DNA of 64,000 bases. It comes from Escherichia coli. Its GTDB lineage: Bacteria > Pseudomonadota > Gammaproteobacteria > Enterobacterales > Enterobacteriaceae. Positions 29,732-53,687 of this stretch are shown here, piece after piece; position 1 is the first letter of the stretch; every line of letters begins with the position of its first letter. A program made the position numbers and the translations under genes. Where the stretch lies: assembly GCF_003334255.1 (NCBI RefSeq), contig NZ_QOWU01000001.1. One strand, written 5' to 3'. Below the pieces are notes generated by a model that had not been told where the DNA came from, made no database searches, and saw only the letters and a list, made by a program, of their open reading frames with translations.

Positions 29732-29783
29732 TTTGTTGATTTACCACGTAATCCGCAGTGCGGTTAATTGAAATGGAAAAAGT

Positions 29784-32877
<3,094 letters not shown>

Positions 32878-32879
32878 CG

Positions 32880-33257
32880 ATGATCAATTCGCCCCGAGTG
32901 TGTATTCAGGTTCAAAGCGTCTACATTGAGGCTCAATCTTCACCTGATAATGAACGTTACGTTTTTGCTTATACCGTAACCATACGCAATCTGGGGCGAG
33001 CGCCAGTGCAGTTGTTGGGGCGTTACTGGCTGATCACCAATGGCAATGGCCGTGAAACCGAAGTCCAGGGCGAAGGAGTGGTTGGCGTCCAGCCACTTAT
33101 CGCGCCTGGCGAAGAGTACCAGTACACCAGCGGTGCAATCATTGAAACCCCGCTGGGCACCATGCAGGGTCACTACGAAATGATCGATGAAAATGGCGTC
33201 CCTTTCAGCATCGACATTCCCGTATTCCGACTCGCCGTTCCCACACTCATTCATTAA
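32880..33257 (+). CDS. apaG: ApaG protein
   Basis: 125 aa from ATG at 32880 ([19 protein letters not shown]...). Confidence 0.93.
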   Translation: MINSPRVCIQVQSVYIEAQSSPDNERYVFAYTVTIRNLGRAPVQLLGRYWLITNGNGRETEVQGEGVVGVQPLIAPGEEYQYTSGAIIETPLGTMQGHYEMIDENGVPFSIDIPVFRLAVPTLIH

Positions 33258-33263
33258 AAGAAT

Positions 33264-34106
33264 ATGGCGACATACCTTATTGGCGACGTTCATGGTTGTT
33301 ACGATGAACTGATCGCATTGCTGCATAAAGTAGAATTTACCCCTGGGAAAGATACCCTCTGGCTGACGGGCGATCTGGTCGCGCGCGGGCCGGGTTCGCT
33401 GGATGTTCTGCGCTATGTGAAATCCTTAGGCGACAGCGTACGTCTGGTGCTGGGCAATCACGATCTGCATCTGCTGGCGGTATTTGCCGGGATCAGCCGC
33501 AATAAACCGAAAGATCGCCTGACACCGCTGCTGGAAGCGCCGGATGCCGACGAGCTGCTTAACTGGCTGCGGCGCCAGCCTCTGCTGCAAATCGACGAAG
33601 AGAAAAAGCTGGTGATGGCCCACGCAGGGATCACGCCGCAGTGGGATCTGCAGACCGCCAAAGAGTGCGCACGCGATGTAGAAGCGGTGCTATCGAGTGA
33701 CTCCTATCCCTTCTTTCTTGATGCCATGTACGGCGATATGCCAAATAACTGGTCACCGGAATTGCGGGGGCTGGGAAGACTGCGTTTTATCACCAACGCT
33801 TTTACCCGTATGCGTTTTTGCTTCCCGAACGGTCAACTGGATATGTACAGCAAAGAATCGCCGGAAGAGGCCCCTGCCCCACTGAAACCGTGGTTTGCGA
33901 TTCCTGGCCCTGTCGCTGAAGAATACAGCATCGCCTTTGGTCACTGGGCATCGCTGGAGGGCAAAGGTACGCCGGAAGGTATATACGCGCTGGATACCGG
34001 CTGCTGCTGGGGTGGTACATTAACCTGCCTGCGCTGGGAAGATAAACAGTATTTTGTCCAGCCGTCGAACCGGCATAAGGATTTGGGCGAAGCGGCGGCG
34101 TCTTAA
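33264..34106 (+). CDS. apaH: Bis(5'-nucleosyl)-tetraphosphatase (symmetrical) ApaH
   Basis: 280-aa ORF; metallophosphatase motifs GDVHG and GNHD. Confidence 0.95.
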
Positions 34107-34124
34107 ACACAGCCTGATATAGGA

Positions 34125-34160
34125 AGGCCGGATAAGACGCGACCGGCGTCGCATCCGGCG
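34125..34160. repeat. REP element between convergent apaH and folA
   Basis: aggccggataagacgcgaccggcgtcgcatccggcg palindromic REP motif. Confidence 0.8.
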
Positions 34161-34183
34161 CTAGCCGTAAATTCTATACAAAA

Positions 34184-36709
<2,526 letters not shown>

Positions 36710-36717
<8 letters not shown>

Positions 36718-37240
36718 GATGGGCCTCCTGCCATTCCAGCGGACGTTGCTTATAGTGACGCGCCTGCCCTTCGAGGGTTTCGTCGTCACAAATAAAGGTG
36801 CAGTGCATGGCAAACGGTGGCAGCCAGTTCAGCCCGCAGTAGATTGCCGTCGCCTGTAGCGGCTGCGACAGCACATCAAAGCCCGGATGCGCACCAATTT
36901 CAAAATGGCTTTCCCCGCCGCCGGTCGTCACCGCCCACAGCAAATGTTTGCCATGCAGCGCCTTGCCGCCGTGACCGTAAGCCCAGCCGTGCGACAAAAC
37001 TTTATCGATCCAAAGTTTAAGAAGCGGAGGAATGCTGTACCACTGCATCGGATGCTGCCAGACGATCAGATCGGCGCGAGACAGCGCCTCCTGCTCGGCG
37101 GCAATATCGATATTGAAGTCAGGATAGAGTTGATAAAGAGAGCGAATTTCGACGCCTTCCAGCGTCCTTGCCTGTTCAAGCATCCGTTTATTCGCATGGG
37201 AATGATGCGGATACGGATGCGCATAAATTATAAGAATCAT
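36710..37240 (-). CDS. kefF: KefC ancillary protein / quinone oxidoreductase KefF
   Basis: 176-aa flavodoxin-like ORF; 8-nt overlap with the kefC start. Confidence 0.94.
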
Positions 37241-37347
37241 AGGTAGCCCGCGTGATTACGCCTTTGTTTTCCCACAAAGTGTAGTCATATATTCACGCGG
37301 CTTATAGTCAATAATATTGATTCAGAAAAGAGAGAAATCTGAACAAT

Positions 37348-38679
37348 TTACCCCATTCTCTGCCCGCGGATCGTCATATTGCTGGTCTGCGCCAGTGACA
37401 TCCCTCGAGTCTCCGGGGCAAACGCTACGGAAATCAACAAGCCAAACAGCGAGATACCCGCCCCCATTAGCATCGTGTTACTGATACCGTAATTATTGAT
37501 AAAGATCGGTAGTGCCCAGGTCGAAACAATGGTGCCAATACGACTTAAGGACATAATCACGCCCACGGCAGAGGCGCGGATATCTGTCGGGAAGAGTTCA
37601 TTAGGATAGAGCCACTGCAAATTACCCGGCCCGCCAGAGAAAAAGGCATACACCGCAAAGGCCATCACTACCAGCCAGATCCCCATATCCGGGATTAGCC
37701 CCAAAACCGCCAGCGCCAGCGTCATCATGGCAAAGCTGCCAATCAACAATGGACGCCGTCCGGCAGTGTTTAACCACAGCATCGGCGGAATACAGCCGAG
37801 CATAAAGAACAGGCTAATCACCACATTCCCTAGTGCCGCGTTTTTGCCAACCCCCAATCCCAACAAACCAACGATTTGCGGGCCAAAGGTGTAAATGGCG
37901 AACATTGGGATCACCTGGCAGGTCCAGATGGCGGCAACAAACAGAACAAAAGGAAAATGGCGGCGATTAAACAGATCGCGAAAACGGGTTTGCTGCGGCT
38001 GCTCTTCATCGAAAGCCACCGGTTCGCCAAACAGTTTGATCATCATCTCTTCGCACTCTTTTACTCGCCCTTTGCGTAATAACCAGCGGGGAGATTCAGG
38101 CAGTTCGAATCGACCAATCAAAATCAACAAACAGGGGATCGCCGCGCTACCCAGCATCCAGCGCCAGCCGCCTTCCACATCATAAAGCCAGTAGCCGACC
38201 AGATCGGCACAGGTCGCGCCGACATACCACATCGCGGCAATAAAGCTGATGGAAAACGCCCGCTGACGGGTACTGGAGAACTCGGTGATCATTGAGGTGG
38301 CGATGGGATAATCTGCACCGATGACAATGCCGATAAGTACCCGCATCACCAACAGTTCGACGGGGGATGAAACAAACATCGTCGCCACCGATATCACGCC
38401 GATGGCGATGATATCAATGAGGAACATTTTGCGCCGTCCGACTTTATCGGAAATATAACCAAACAGCGATGTGCCAACGAACAGCCCGGCGAGCGTTCCC
38501 GCGCCCAGCAAGCCAATCCAGTCAGCGTCCAGTTTCAGCGCCGGCGTCAGTTGCTCCAGCGCCACGCCAATCATTACCAGTACATAACCATCCAGAAACG
38601 GACCACCGCTTCCCCACAGCAAAATGCGGCGGTGAATAGAGGAGAATTTGAGATCGTCAAAGTTTCTGGACGGTTGCAT
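37348..38679 (-). CDS. yaaU: MFS-family transporter YaaU
   Basis: 443-aa polytopic membrane ORF with sugar-porter-like motifs. Confidence 0.9.
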   Translation of the reverse strand: MQPSRNFDDLKFSSIHRRILLWGSGGPFLDGYVLVMIGVALEQLTPALKLDADWIGLLGAGTLAGLFVGTSLFGYISDKVGRRKMFLIDIIAIGVISVATMFVSSPVELLVMRVLIGIVIGADYPIATSMITEFSSTRQRAFSISFIAAMWYVGATCADLVGYWLYDVEGGWRWMLGSAAIPCLLILIGRFELPESPRWLLRKGRVKECEEMMIKLFGEPVAFDEEQPQQTRFRDLFNRRHFPFVLFVAAIWTCQVIPMFAIYTFGPQIVGLLGLGVGKNAALGNVVISLFFMLGCIPPMLWLNTAGRRPLLIGSFAMMTLALAVLGLIPDMGIWLVVMAFAVYAFFSGGPGNLQWLYPNELFPTDIRASAVGVIMSLSRIGTIVSTWALPIFINNYGISNTMLMGAGISLFGLLISVAFAPETRGMSLAQTSNMTIRGQRMG

Positions 38680-38736
38680 GGGTTATTCCTGTTTTTTGCA
38701 ATGAGAGTCAGTGCGGCGTTACGTATCAAACCAACA

Positions 38737-39024
38737 TCAGCCGTAACGGAACTCCACACCAAAGGTGCCGCGCGGGTATTCCCACTGTTCCAGCGCCGAC
38801 CCCAGCCCCAGAATGCGACAGGTGCCGCACTCCAGACATCCGGCGTAATCGAAGCGCACACTGCCGTCATCCTGCTTCTTGTACAGACCTGCGGGGCACG
38901 CTTTCACCAGCAGCTCCAGCGCCTGTTTATCAGCATCGGCCTTCACAACAATGTGCGGATGCTCTTCATCGACATTGAATTTATTGACGCCCAGTTTGAC
39001 GTCCACATTGACGGGAGAAGTCAT
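38737..39024 (-). CDS. fixX: Ferredoxin-like protein FixX
   Basis: 95-aa ORF with a Cys cluster; last gene of fixABCX. Confidence 0.93.
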   Translation of the reverse strand: MTSPVNVDVKLGVNKFNVDEEHPHIVVKADADKQALELLVKACPAGLYKKQDDGSVRFDYAGCLECGTCRILGLGSALEQWEYPRGTFGVEFRYG

Positions 39025-40307
39025 AAAACGGTCACTCCTTTCATGCCATCCTTGATTAGATTGATGAAGCCCACTTTCTTGCCGTGGCGGAGGATTTTCT
39101 TGCGCATCAGTTCCGGCGCGCTGCCATCAATGGTGAACAGGTCACGCGCCACACCCACCGCCAGCTCCGGGTAGCCGCTAAACATGCGTGGGTTATCAAG
39201 GAACGCCGGTAGTTTCTGGTACATACGCATATCGCGCAGCGGACCACTCTCAAGATGCTGACGATATTCCGCCAGTTTTTGCTTACTGAAATCGTCGCTT
39301 TTCATCGCTGAAAGCACGGTTTTTGCTGCGGCTTCCCCGGCGGCAATCGCCAGATCCATACCGCGAATGGTAAAACCGAGGTTCATACACATTCCGGCGG
39401 CATCACCGGCAATCAATACGCCGTCACCAACCAACTCCGGCAGCATGTTGATGCCTGCTTCCGGCACTACGTGAGCGGAATATTCCACCAGCTTGCCGCC
39501 CGCGATCAGCGGTGCAACGGCCGGATGCTGTTTGAAATCTTCCAGCATTTGCGGCACCGATTTTTTCGCGTCATGCAGATGATGCAAACCACAAACCAGC
39601 CCCAGCGACAGGGTGTTTTCATTGGTATAAAGGAAGCCGCCGCCCATCAGGCCATCGGTGGGTGATCCCGCAAACAGGCAAGCCGCCCCCTGATTACCCT
39701 GCAACTGAAAACGGTCTTCAATAACCGACTTCGGTAACTCGATCAGTTCCTTCACGCCAACCGCCACATCCGTCGGTTTGACGCGTTTTGCCATCCCCAA
39801 TTTTTCGGCAAGGATGGAGTTCACCCCATCAGCAAGGATCACCGTTTTCGCTTCAATCACATCGCCATCGGCTTCTACACCGACGACTTTGCCATCGCGC
39901 TGTACGAGGTTATCGACGCGGATCCCGGTAATTAACTGCGCGCCCGCTTCTTCGGCCTGCTCCATCAGCCAGGCATCAAATTTACTGCGCAAAACGGAGT
40001 AAGAACGCTGGGATGGCGAGGTTTCGTCACCATTGCAGTAGTCCATAGTCATCGCTGACTTTTCCGTCATAAACGCGAGTTTTTCATGGGTGATCAGGCG
40101 TTCTACGGGGGCGGAGTCGGCGAAACCAGGAATAATGTGTTCCAGACTGTGGGCATAGAGACGCCCGCCGGTGACGTTCTTGGCACCTGCGGAATTGCCA
40201 CGCTCGATAACTAACACTTGCGCACCTTCGCGGGCGAGCACCAGTGCGGCAACCGAACCGGCAAGCCCTGCACCGACGATGATGGCGTCAAAGATATCTT
40301 CGGACAT
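39021..40307 (-). CDS. fixC: Electron-transfer flavoprotein-quinone oxidoreductase homologue FixC
   Basis: 428-aa ORF with N-terminal FAD fold GAGLAG; 4-nt overlap with fixX. Confidence 0.94.
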   Translation of the reverse strand: MSEDIFDAIIVGAGLAGSVAALVLAREGAQVLVIERGNSAGAKNVTGGRLYAHSLEHIIPGFADSAPVERLITHEKLAFMTEKSAMTMDYCNGDETSPSQRSYSVLRSKFDAWLMEQAEEAGAQLITGIRVDNLVQRDGKVVGVEADGDVIEAKTVILADGVNSILAEKLGMAKRVKPTDVAVGVKELIELPKSVIEDRFQLQGNQGAACLFAGSPTDGLMGGGFLYTNENTLSLGLVCGLHHLHDAKKSVPQMLEDFKQHPAVAPLIAGGKLVEYSAHVVPEAGINMLPELVGDGVLIAGDAAGMCMNLGFTIRGMDLAIAAGEAAAKTVLSAMKSDDFSKQKLAEYRQHLESGPLRDMRMYQKLPAFLDNPRMFSGYPELAVGVARDLFTIDGSAPELMRKKILRHGKKVGFINLIKDGMKGVTVL

Positions 40308-40357
40308 AAGAGCTCCCTGTCAGCGGCAGGGCCAAAATGCAGCCCTGCCAGAGTGGA

Positions 40358-41299
40358 TCAACGCGCTAAAGCTGCGGTCAGCGCCGGAAGGATCTTCACG
40401 GCGTCGCCAACAATGCCGTAATCCGCGTACTGGAAGATCGGCGCATTTTTATCTTTATTGATGGCGAAAATGGTTTGCGACGCGTTAGCGCCAACCATGT
40501 GCTGGATCTGCCCGGAGATCCCCACCGCCAGGTACAGTTCAGGTTTCAGCATCAGGTTGGAGATACCGACATAGCGTTCGTGCTCCATCCATTTTTCGTT
40601 TTCCGCCACCGGACGAGAACAGGCCAACTCCGCACCTATCGCCTTGCAAAGCTGTTCTGCCAGCGCAATGTTCTCTTTGCTGCCAATACCGCGACCGACG
40701 CTGACCACCAGACGGGCTTTGTCGAGATCGACGCTGTTGCTCTGGCGCGCCTGGGTTGCCGTGCGGGTAATCGCCACAGCCGGAGCCTGCCACTCCACGG
40801 TGTGCGTTTCGCCAGTGCGTGACGCGTCTGGCTGAGCCGCATCGAACGTGCCGCTGCTGATGGTCAGTACCGCATACGGCGTGGCAATGCGTTCTTCGCC
40901 AATCGCCAGACCACCGTAAACCATGTGTTTCACTGTCGCTTTACCGTCCTGTACGCTGACGGTGCTGGCATCGTTAGACACCGCCGCTTTAAGGCGATAA
41001 CCCAGTTTTGCCGCCAGTAATTTGCCGCGACGGGTGTTTGGCAGCAGCACCAGGCCGTCTGCGCCGTGCTGGCGAATAGTGTCAGCCATGACACCGGCGT
41101 AATCTTCGATCATCCGATCGTCCGGTTTGCCGTTTAATTTCCAGACATGATTAGCGCCGAGCTGGATTGCCTGTGCGCCGTCGGCATCATTGAGGACAAA
41201 GGTGTTGATTTGATTAGCTAAAGCCTGCGCACCGTTCATCAGTTCCGGCAGACGAGAAGGGGTATCGCTGAATACCCAGACTTGAGAAAACGTGTTCAT
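40358..41299 (-). CDS. fixB: Electron transfer flavoprotein alpha-subunit homologue FixB
   Basis: 313-aa ORF, ETF alpha family. Confidence 0.94.
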
Positions 41300-41313
41300 A
41301 GCATCCCCTGTAA

Positions 41314-42084
41314 TTAAATGACTTTGCGAAGATTTTCAGCAAATGCGGCGATCTGTTCTTCGCCGTCGCCTTCAATCACGATGCGCTGACGTTCGCGCTG
41401 TTTCGGCGCGGCAACCTGTTGTTCTGACCAGGCTGCCTCTGCGTTAAAACCAATATCCGCCGCCGACCATACCTGGACGGGCTTTTTCGCCGCGCCGAGA
41501 ATGGCTTTCATCGAAGGAATTTGTGGGGAGTTGATATCAGTGGAAACAGCAACAACCGCAGGCAGCGGAATGCTTAAGGTTTCGGTTTCATCTTCCAGTT
41601 CGCGCTCAACGGTGAGGGTATCTGCCGTCAGGGAGATAATTTTGCTGACGCCGTTAACTGCCGGAATATTGAGGATTTCGCCCACCAGCAGACCAACCTG
41701 CTGGGCATAAAGGTCGGAAGAACCATCGCCACAGAGGATCAGATCAAAGCCTGCTTTCTGGGCGGCTGCAGCCAGTGCGCTCGCCGTTTGTTGCGGCAGT
41801 GCCTGCTCGAACTGGTCATCAATCACCACAATCAGTTCATCCGGGCCGCGCGATAGCACATCTTTACGCCCTTTGGCGTTGGTCAGGGCTTTACCGCCCA
41901 CACTTAAGGCTGTCACCTGCGCCTCTGCTGCCTGTTGCTTTAGCTGGCAAGCCGCTTCAATAGCGTTGAGATCGTATTGGCTTATTTTGGCATCGGCTTT
42001 GCTGAAGTCTAATGAACCATCAGCATTATTGACCGCAATATCCTGTTCATCAGGCACGCACTTATAGCAAGTAATAATCTTCAT
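41314..42084 (-). CDS. fixA: Electron transfer flavoprotein beta-subunit homologue FixA
   Basis: 256 aa from ATG at 42084 ([15 protein letters not shown]...); the ORF track extends upstream. Confidence 0.94.
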
Positions 42085-42147
42085 TGCATCTCCAGAAATC
42101 ATGAAGGAAACGTCGTTCATATCGGTGGTGTTAATTACAGATATCAC

Positions 42148-44070
<1,923 letters not shown>

Positions 44071-44100
44071 TTAACCCCCAAAATATCAAGAGGTTGAAAG

Positions 44101-45243
44101 ATGGATTTTAATTTAAATGATGAGCAGGAACTGTTTGTCGCCGGTATCCGCGAACTGATGGCCAGCGAAAACTGGGAGGCCTATTTTGCCGAGTGCGACC
44201 GTGACAGCGTCTACCCGGAACGTTTTGTCAAAGCACTGGCGGATATGGGTATCGACAGTCTGCTGATCCCTGAAGAGCACGGTGGTCTGGACGCGGGGTT
44301 TGTTACTCTCGCCGCCGTGTGGATGGAGCTGGGACGTCTGGGGGCACCAACCTATGTGCTGTACCAGTTGCCGGGCGGGTTCAACACCTTCCTGCGCGAA
44401 GGCACACAAGAGCAGATCGACAAAATTATGGCTTTCCGCGGCACCGGTAAGCAGATGTGGAACTCAGCGATTACCGAACCGGGCGCGGGCTCCGACGTGG
44501 GTAGCCTGAAAACGACTTATACCCGTAGAAATGGTAAGATTTATCTTAATGGTAGTAAGTGTTTTATTACCAGCAGCGCCTACACCCCGTACATCGTGGT
44601 GATGGCGCGCGACGGGGCTTCTCCGGACAAACCTGTCTACACCGAATGGTTTGTTGATATGAGCAAACCGGGCATCAAAGTGACCAAACTTGAAAAGCTC
44701 GGTCTGCGTATGGATAGCTGCTGTGAAATCACCTTTGACGACGTGGAACTGGACGAGAAAGACATGTTCGGTCGGGAAGGTAACGGCTTTAACCGCGTCA
44801 AAGAAGAGTTCGACCATGAACGTTTCCTGGTAGCCCTCACCAACTACGGTACGGCGATGTGCGCCTTTGAAGATGCGGCGCGCTACGCCAATCAGCGCGT
44901 GCAGTTTGGCGAGGCTATTGGTCGTTTCCAGTTGATTCAGGAAAAATTCGCCCACATGGCGATCAAATTAAACTCCATGAAAAACATGCTGTATGAAGCA
45001 GCGTGGAAAGCAGACAACGGCACCATCACCTCTGGCGATGCAGCGATGTGCAAATACTTCTGCGCCAATGCGGCATTTGAAGTTGTGGATAGCGCAATGC
45101 AGGTGCTGGGCGGTGTCGGGATTGCGGGCAACCACCGCATCAGCCGCTTCTGGCGTGATCTGCGTGTAGACCGCGTCTCCGGGGGATCTGACGAAATGCA
45201 GATCCTGACGCTGGGTCGTGCGGTGCTGAAGCAATACCGCTAA
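44101..45243 (+). CDS. caiA: Crotonobetainyl-CoA reductase (acyl-CoA dehydrogenase family)
   Basis: 380-aa ORF. Confidence 0.95.
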
Positions 45244-45254
45244 GTCCGTGCGCT

Positions 45255-45337
45255 GCCTGATGCGACGCTGATGCGTCTTATCAGGCCTACGGGAGCACGA
45301 ATGTAGGCCGGATAAAGCGTTTACGCCGCATCCGGCA
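45255..45337. repeat. REP/BIME element between caiA and caiB
   Basis: gcctgatgcgacgctgatgcgtcttatcaggcctac and gtaggccggataaagcgtttacgccgcatccggca motifs. Confidence 0.85.
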
Positions 45338-45353
45338 GTCATGCGCTACATAA

Positions 45354-46589
<1,236 letters not shown>

Positions 46590-46662
46590 ACGCGTGGCGT
46601 CAGTCGGCTTGCCTGACTAGCGCCCGCCCAATAACAAACGAACAAAAATGGATAGAGGTGCA

Positions 46663-48216
46663 ATGGATATCATTGGCGGACAACATCTACGTCAAATGTG
46701 GGACGATCTTGCGGACGTTTACGGTCATAAAACGGCGCTGATTTGTGAATCCAGCGGCGGAGTCGTTAACCGGTATAGTTATCTTGAGTTAAATCAGGAG
46801 ATTAACCGCACGGCAAACCTGTTTTATACGCTGGGGATTCGCAAAGGCGACAAGGTTGCACTACATCTCGACAACTGCCCGGAATTTATCTTTTGCTGGT
46901 TCGGGCTGGCAAAAATTGGCGCGATTATGGTGCCGATTAACGCCCGCCTGTTGTGCGAGGAAAGCGCGTGGATCCTGCAAAATAGCCAGGCGTGCCTGCT
47001 GGTGACCAGTGCGCAATTCTATCCTATGTATCAACAGATTCAGCAGGAAGATGCCACTCAATTGCGGCACATTTGCCTGACAGATGTGGCACTTCCCGCT
47101 GATGATGGCGTGAGTTCGTTTACTCAACTGAAAAATCAACAACCTGCCACCTTGTGCTATGCACCGCCGCTATCGACTGACGATACGGCGGAAATTCTCT
47201 TCACCTCCGGCACCACCTCCCGACCGAAAGGTGTGGTGATTACCCATTACAACCTGCGCTTCGCTGGATATTACTCCGCCTGGCAGTGTGCACTGCGTGA
47301 CGATGACGTCTACCTGACGGTAATGCCTGCGTTTCATATCGATTGCCAGTGTACTGCGGCGATGGCGGCGTTTTCTGCCGGGGCCACCTTTGTGCTGGTC
47401 GAGAAATACAGCGCCCGCGCCTTCTGGGGACAGGTACAGAAGTACCGCGCCACCGTTACCGAATGTATTCCGATGATGATCCGTACGTTGATGGTACAGC
47501 CGCCTTCAGCGAACGATCAGCAACACCGCCTGCGGGAAGTGATGTTTTATCTCAACTTGTCGGAGCAGGAAAAAGATGCGTTTTGTGAACGCTTCGGCGT
47601 TCGCTTGCTGACGTCTTATGGGATGACGGAAACCATTGTGGGCATTATCGGCGATCGTCCTGGCGATAAACGACGCTGGCCGTCGATTGGTCGGGTGGGG
47701 TTTTGCTACGAAGCGGAGATCCGCGACGATCACAATCGCCCGCTCCCGGCTGGTGAGATCGGTGAAATCTGCATTAAAGGCATACCTGGGAAAACCATCT
47801 TCAAAGAGTACTTTCTCAACCCACAAGCCACTGCGAAAGTGCTGGAAGCCGATGGCTGGCTGCATACCGGCGATACCGGATACCGCGACGAAGAGGGCTT
47901 TTTTTATTTCGTCGATCGCCGCTGCAATATGATTAAACGTGGCGGCGAGAATGTCTCCTGCGTGGAGCTGGAAAATATTATCGCCGCGCACCCGAAAATT
48001 CAGGACATCGTGGTTGTGGGTATTAAAGATTCGATTCGCGATGAAGCCATCAAAGCATTTGTGGTGCTGAATGAAGGTGAAACATTGAGCGAAGAGGAAT
48101 TTTTCCGCTTCTGCGAACAAAATATGGCGAAATTTAAAGTGCCCTCTTATCTGGAGATCAGAAAAGATCTGCCACGTAATTGCTCGGGGAAAATAATTAG
48201 AAAGAATCTGAAATAA
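46663..48216 (+). CDS. caiC: Crotonobetaine/carnitine-CoA ligase (adenylate-forming enzyme)
   Basis: 517 aa from ATG at 46663 ([16 protein letters not shown]...); AMP-binding motif [10 protein letters not shown]. Confidence 0.93.
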   Translation: MDIIGGQHLRQMWDDLADVYGHKTALICESSGGVVNRYSYLELNQEINRTANLFYTLGIRKGDKVALHLDNCPEFIFCWFGLAKIGAIMVPINARLLCEESAWILQNSQACLLVTSAQFYPMYQQIQQEDATQLRHICLTDVALPADDGVSSFTQLKNQQPATLCYAPPLSTDDTAEILFTSGTTSRPKGVVITHYNLRFAGYYSAWQCALRDDDVYLTVMPAFHIDCQCTAAMAAFSAGATFVLVEKYSARAFWGQVQKYRATVTECIPMMIRTLMVQPPSANDQQHRLREVMFYLNLSEQEKDAFCERFGVRLLTSYGMTETIVGIIGDRPGDKRRWPSIGRVGFCYEAEIRDDHNRPLPAGEIGEICIKGIPGKTIFKEYFLNPQATAKVLEADGWLHTGDTGYRDEEGFFYFVDRRCNMIKRGGENVSCVELENIIAAHPKIQDIVVVGIKDSIRDEAIKAFVVLNEGETLSEEEFFRFCEQNMAKFKVPSYLEIRKDLPRNCSGKIIRKNLK

Positions 48217-48324
48217 ATGAAACAGCAGGGAACTACCCTGCCAGCTAATAATCACACTCTAAAACAATATGCATTTTTTGCAGGGATGTTGTCGTCCCTG
48301 AAAAAGCAAAAATGGAGAAAAGGA

Positions 48325-49110
48325 ATGAGTGAATCATTACATCTGACCCGCAATGGATCAATTCTGGAAATTACCCTTGATCGTCCAAAAGCGAATGCTA
48401 TTGATGCAAAAACCAGCTTTGAAATGGGCGAAGTATTTCTAAATTTCCGTGACGATCCGCAATTACGTGTCGCCATTATTACCGGTGCCGGAGAGAAGTT
48501 CTTTTCCGCGGGCTGGGATTTAAAAGCGGCAGCAGAAGGCGAAGCACCGGATGCTGACTTTGGTCCGGGTGGTTTTGCGGGATTAACCGAAATTTTCAAT
48601 CTCGACAAACCGGTTATCGCAGCTGTGAACGGCTATGCCTTTGGCGGCGGCTTTGAACTGGCGCTGGCGGCAGATTTTATTGTTTGTGCCGATAACGCCA
48701 GCTTCGCCCTGCCGGAAGCCAAACTGGGCATCGTTCCTGACAGCGGCGGTGTGCTGCGTCTGCCGAAGATCCTGCCGCCTGCCATCGTCAATGAAATGGT
48801 GATGACCGGCAGACGAATGGGCGCAGAAGAGGCGCTGCGTTGGGGGATAGTCAACCGCGTGGTTAGCCAGGCGGAACTGATGGATAACGCCCGCGAACTG
48901 GCTCAGCAGCTGGTTAACAGCGCCCCGCTGGCGATTGCGGCGCTGAAAGAGATCTACCGCACCACCAGCGAAATGCCGGTAGAAGAAGCGTATCGCTATA
49001 TTCGCAGCGGCGTGTTGAAACACTATCCATCGGTTCTGCATTCGGAAGATGCCATTGAAGGGCCGCTGGCGTTTGCCGAGAAGCGCGATCCGGTGTGGAA
49101 AGGACGTTAA
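48325..49110 (+). CDS. caiD: Carnitinyl-CoA dehydratase (crotonase family)
   Basis: 261 aa from ATG at 48325 ([21 protein letters not shown]...); the start is ambiguous, the ORF track offers an upstream ATG at 48217. Confidence 0.88.
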   Translation: MSESLHLTRNGSILEITLDRPKANAIDAKTSFEMGEVFLNFRDDPQLRVAIITGAGEKFFSAGWDLKAAAEGEAPDADFGPGGFAGLTEIFNLDKPVIAAVNGYAFGGGFELALAADFIVCADNASFALPEAKLGIVPDSGGVLRLPKILPPAIVNEMVMTGRRMGAEEALRWGIVNRVVSQAELMDNARELAQQLVNSAPLAIAALKEIYRTTSEMPVEEAYRYIRSGVLKHYPSVLHSEDAIEGPLAFAEKRDPVWKGR

Positions 49111-49115
49111 CAACC

Positions 49116-49706
49116 GTGAGCTATTACGCCTTTGAGGGGTTAATTCCGGTGGTTCACCCGACGGCGTTTGTCCATCCCAGTGCCGTCTTGATTGGCGATG
49201 TGATTGTGGGAGCCGGTGTCTACATCGGCCCACTCGCCTCACTGCGTGGTGACTACGGGCGGTTGATCGTGCAAGCGGGAGCCAATATTCAGGATGGCTG
49301 CATTATGCATGGCTACTGCGACACTGACACTATCGTTGGGGAAAACGGCCATATCGGGCACGGAGCGATCCTGCATGGTTGTTTGATTGGTCGCGATGCA
49401 TTGGTCGGGATGAACAGCGTGATTATGGATGGCGCGGTCATTGGCGAAGAGAGCATTGTTGCCGCCATGAGCTTTGTCAAAGCGGGCTTTCGCGGCGAGA
49501 AACGCCAGTTGTTGATGGGTACGCCAGCCCGCGCTGTACGCAATGTTAGTGACGACGAGTTACACTGGAAACGGTTGAATACCAAAGAGTATCAGGATCT
49601 TGTCGGGCGCTGTCATGTATCGTTACATGAAACGCAGCCACTGAGGCAAATGGAGGAAAATCGCCCCCGTTTGCAGGGGACGACGGATGTGACGCCTAAA
49701 CGGTGA
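49116..49706 (+). CDS. caiE: Carnitine operon protein CaiE (hexapeptide-repeat, gamma-carbonic-anhydrase-like), GTG start
   Basis: 196 aa from GTG at 49116 ([15 protein letters not shown]...); overlaps the caiD 3' end. Confidence 0.88.
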   Translation: MSYYAFEGLIPVVHPTAFVHPSAVLIGDVIVGAGVYIGPLASLRGDYGRLIVQAGANIQDGCIMHGYCDTDTIVGENGHIGHGAILHGCLIGRDALVGMNSVIMDGAVIGEESIVAAMSFVKAGFRGEKRQLLMGTPARAVRNVSDDELHWKRLNTKEYQDLVGRCHVSLHETQPLRQMEENRPRLQGTTDVTPKR

Positions 49707-49708
49707 TC

Positions 49709-49763
49709 TTGCCGGATGCGACCTGGTTGCTGGATAAGATGCTACAACATCGCATCTGGCAAG
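49709..49763. repeat. Degenerate REP-like palindrome between convergent caiE and caiF
   Basis: gccggatgcgacc ... gatgctacaacatcgcatctggc imperfect inverted repeat. Confidence 0.5.
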
Positions 49764-49791
49764 CAGGACGCCCGGTATCAACGAGATAAAA

Positions 49792-50187
49792 TTAACGACG
49801 CATACTCTTTGACAACATCATCTGCCACTTCTGCTCGCGGTTAAGTTCCGTGAGCGGAACGGCAGGAATACGCGGCGTCTTTCTTACACCGACTAATTTT
49901 TCCCGACTGTTATTGCGCAGGCGCGCGTAAATTTGCTCATCGATATCGACCACTTTAACCAGTCGCTGACACTGGCATCCCCGCCCTTCCAGCTTATTAG
50001 GGATCATCTTAACTTCGCAGCTTATTTCTGTGACTTCCGACAGAATATAAGTCAGGGTATTAACCGCCTTGCTGTGTTCAATATCGAAATGAATAGAGAT
50101 CTCTCTTGCTATCACCCACCGATTTTCAGCCATCATCCATTCGGCGATTAACAAGTAGAGTGGTTTTTCAACATATCCTTCACACAT
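49792..50187 (-). CDS. caiF: Transcriptional activator of the cai/fix operons
   Basis: 131 aa from ATG at 50187 (MCEGYVEKPLYLLIAEWMMAENRWVIARE...); the ORF track extends 35 codons upstream. Confidence 0.9.
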   Translation of the reverse strand: MCEGYVEKPLYLLIAEWMMAENRWVIAREISIHFDIEHSKAVNTLTYILSEVTEISCEVKMIPNKLEGRGCQCQRLVKVVDIDEQIYARLRNNSREKLVGVRKTPRIPAVPLTELNREQKWQMMLSKSMRR

Positions 50188-50346
50188 ACGAACTCCAGTT
50201 TCACAAATTAAAAGTCTGGCTATGACTCGTTTTGAAGCAATTAAACAAGGCCATATTAAAATTGTGGATATATCGATAGTATGCAACTTCACCGTCGATA
50301 AGTGTGAGCTAAATCCTGCTTATGTCATCAAAAATATCGATTCCCC

Positions 50347-50376
50347 AAAAGATTTACTTAATGGGCAAAAAAAAAC
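50347..50376 (-). terminator. carAB rho-independent terminator
   Basis: On the minus strand: acggttctc-tgatgag-gaccgt hairpin followed by T9. Confidence 0.75.
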
Positions 50377-50448
50377 GGTCCTCATCAGAGAACCGTATTA
50401 GTTATTCGATCAAATTAGCGGATGAAAAATATCTGCCATGACACGCTA

Positions 50449-53670
<3,222 letters not shown>

Positions 53671-53687
53671 GGCTCTTTTACTCCTGA